DNA of 64,000 nucleotides from Octopus vulgaris (Eukaryota). Positions 63,890 through 64,000 of this stretch are shown one piece after another. The position numbers were made by a program, and so were the translations under genes. The notes under the pieces were generated by a model. It worked only from the letters and a program-made list of their open reading frames with translations, was not told the origin of the DNA and ran no database searches. Position 1 is the first letter of the stretch; every line of letters begins with the position of its first letter. Location: contig OX597831.1 of assembly GCA_951406725.2 (NCBI GenBank), positions 53,196,001 to 53,260,000 of the forward strand, given 5' to 3'.

Positions 63890-64000
63890 TCTAAAAGAGG
63901 CAGCATGGACACAACATTTGATGTTGACTGGAATAATAAAGCCCCACCAGGAAAACAGCAAACATTTTTGGTAATTGGCCGTAACGTTGAAGAGTGGTCA
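63890..64000 (+). CDS. SZT2: SZT2 coding exon 31 (runs off window end)
   Basis: ttttag acceptor, phase 0; SKRGSMDTTFDVDWNNKAPPGKQQTFLVIGRNVEEWS, resembling the SZT2 F-x-x-x-GRN-x-x-x-W motif. Confidence 0.85.

Larger units (their letters stand above)
1389..64000 (+). other. SZT2: SZT2 (KICSTOR scaffold) ortholog, partial multi-exon gene; 31 coding exons in window, open at both ends
   Basis: 31 AG..GT-bounded exons join in phase into one ~1,880-codon ORF. Blocks IEWLLRDEI/FVFG, GYEGDSS..PNFWLILRV, KRVNQ-LFLLHDL..CNVLLVPE, FSVNNRKNMFV, HGITQAG..LDDKVLDIISVMLDRNPKCKL and GEKGFLHPVF match SZT2 motifs in the expected order (recalled from memory, not searched). Confidence 0.93.

Overview
This is AT-rich animal genomic DNA. 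The repeat landscape (tRNA-derived CORE- and Deu/Nin-type SINEs, RTE LINE tails ending in (GAT)n, dense ATT/TA/TG microsatellites) suggests an octopus or other coleoid cephalopod; that assignment is inference. The whole window lies inside one + strand gene, the central part of an SZT2 (KICSTOR scaffold) ortholog. I traced 31 GT-AG coding exons from 1389 to the window end, phase-consistent at every junction, totalling 5,644 nt (about 1,880 codons) with no in-frame stop. The start and stop codons lie outside the window. The introns are packed with transposon relics: an internally deleted piggyBac, a piggyBac-type MITE family, a full-length decayed mariner, a maT/DD37D-like Tc1-mariner, hAT and mariner MITEs, RTE LINE pieces, an RLE-clade (R4/Dong-like) fragment, a Penelope GIY-YIG remnant and many SINEs, several nested three deep. 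The most striking unannotated structure is a ~750-bp inverted repeat (55493-56244) about 250 nt downstream of an exon. Each arm carries a type I hammerhead-ribozyme motif of the Penelope-like kind with an unusually long stem II, and each copy is damaged at a different position. Most entries in the ORF track are spurious products of repeats or microsatellites.
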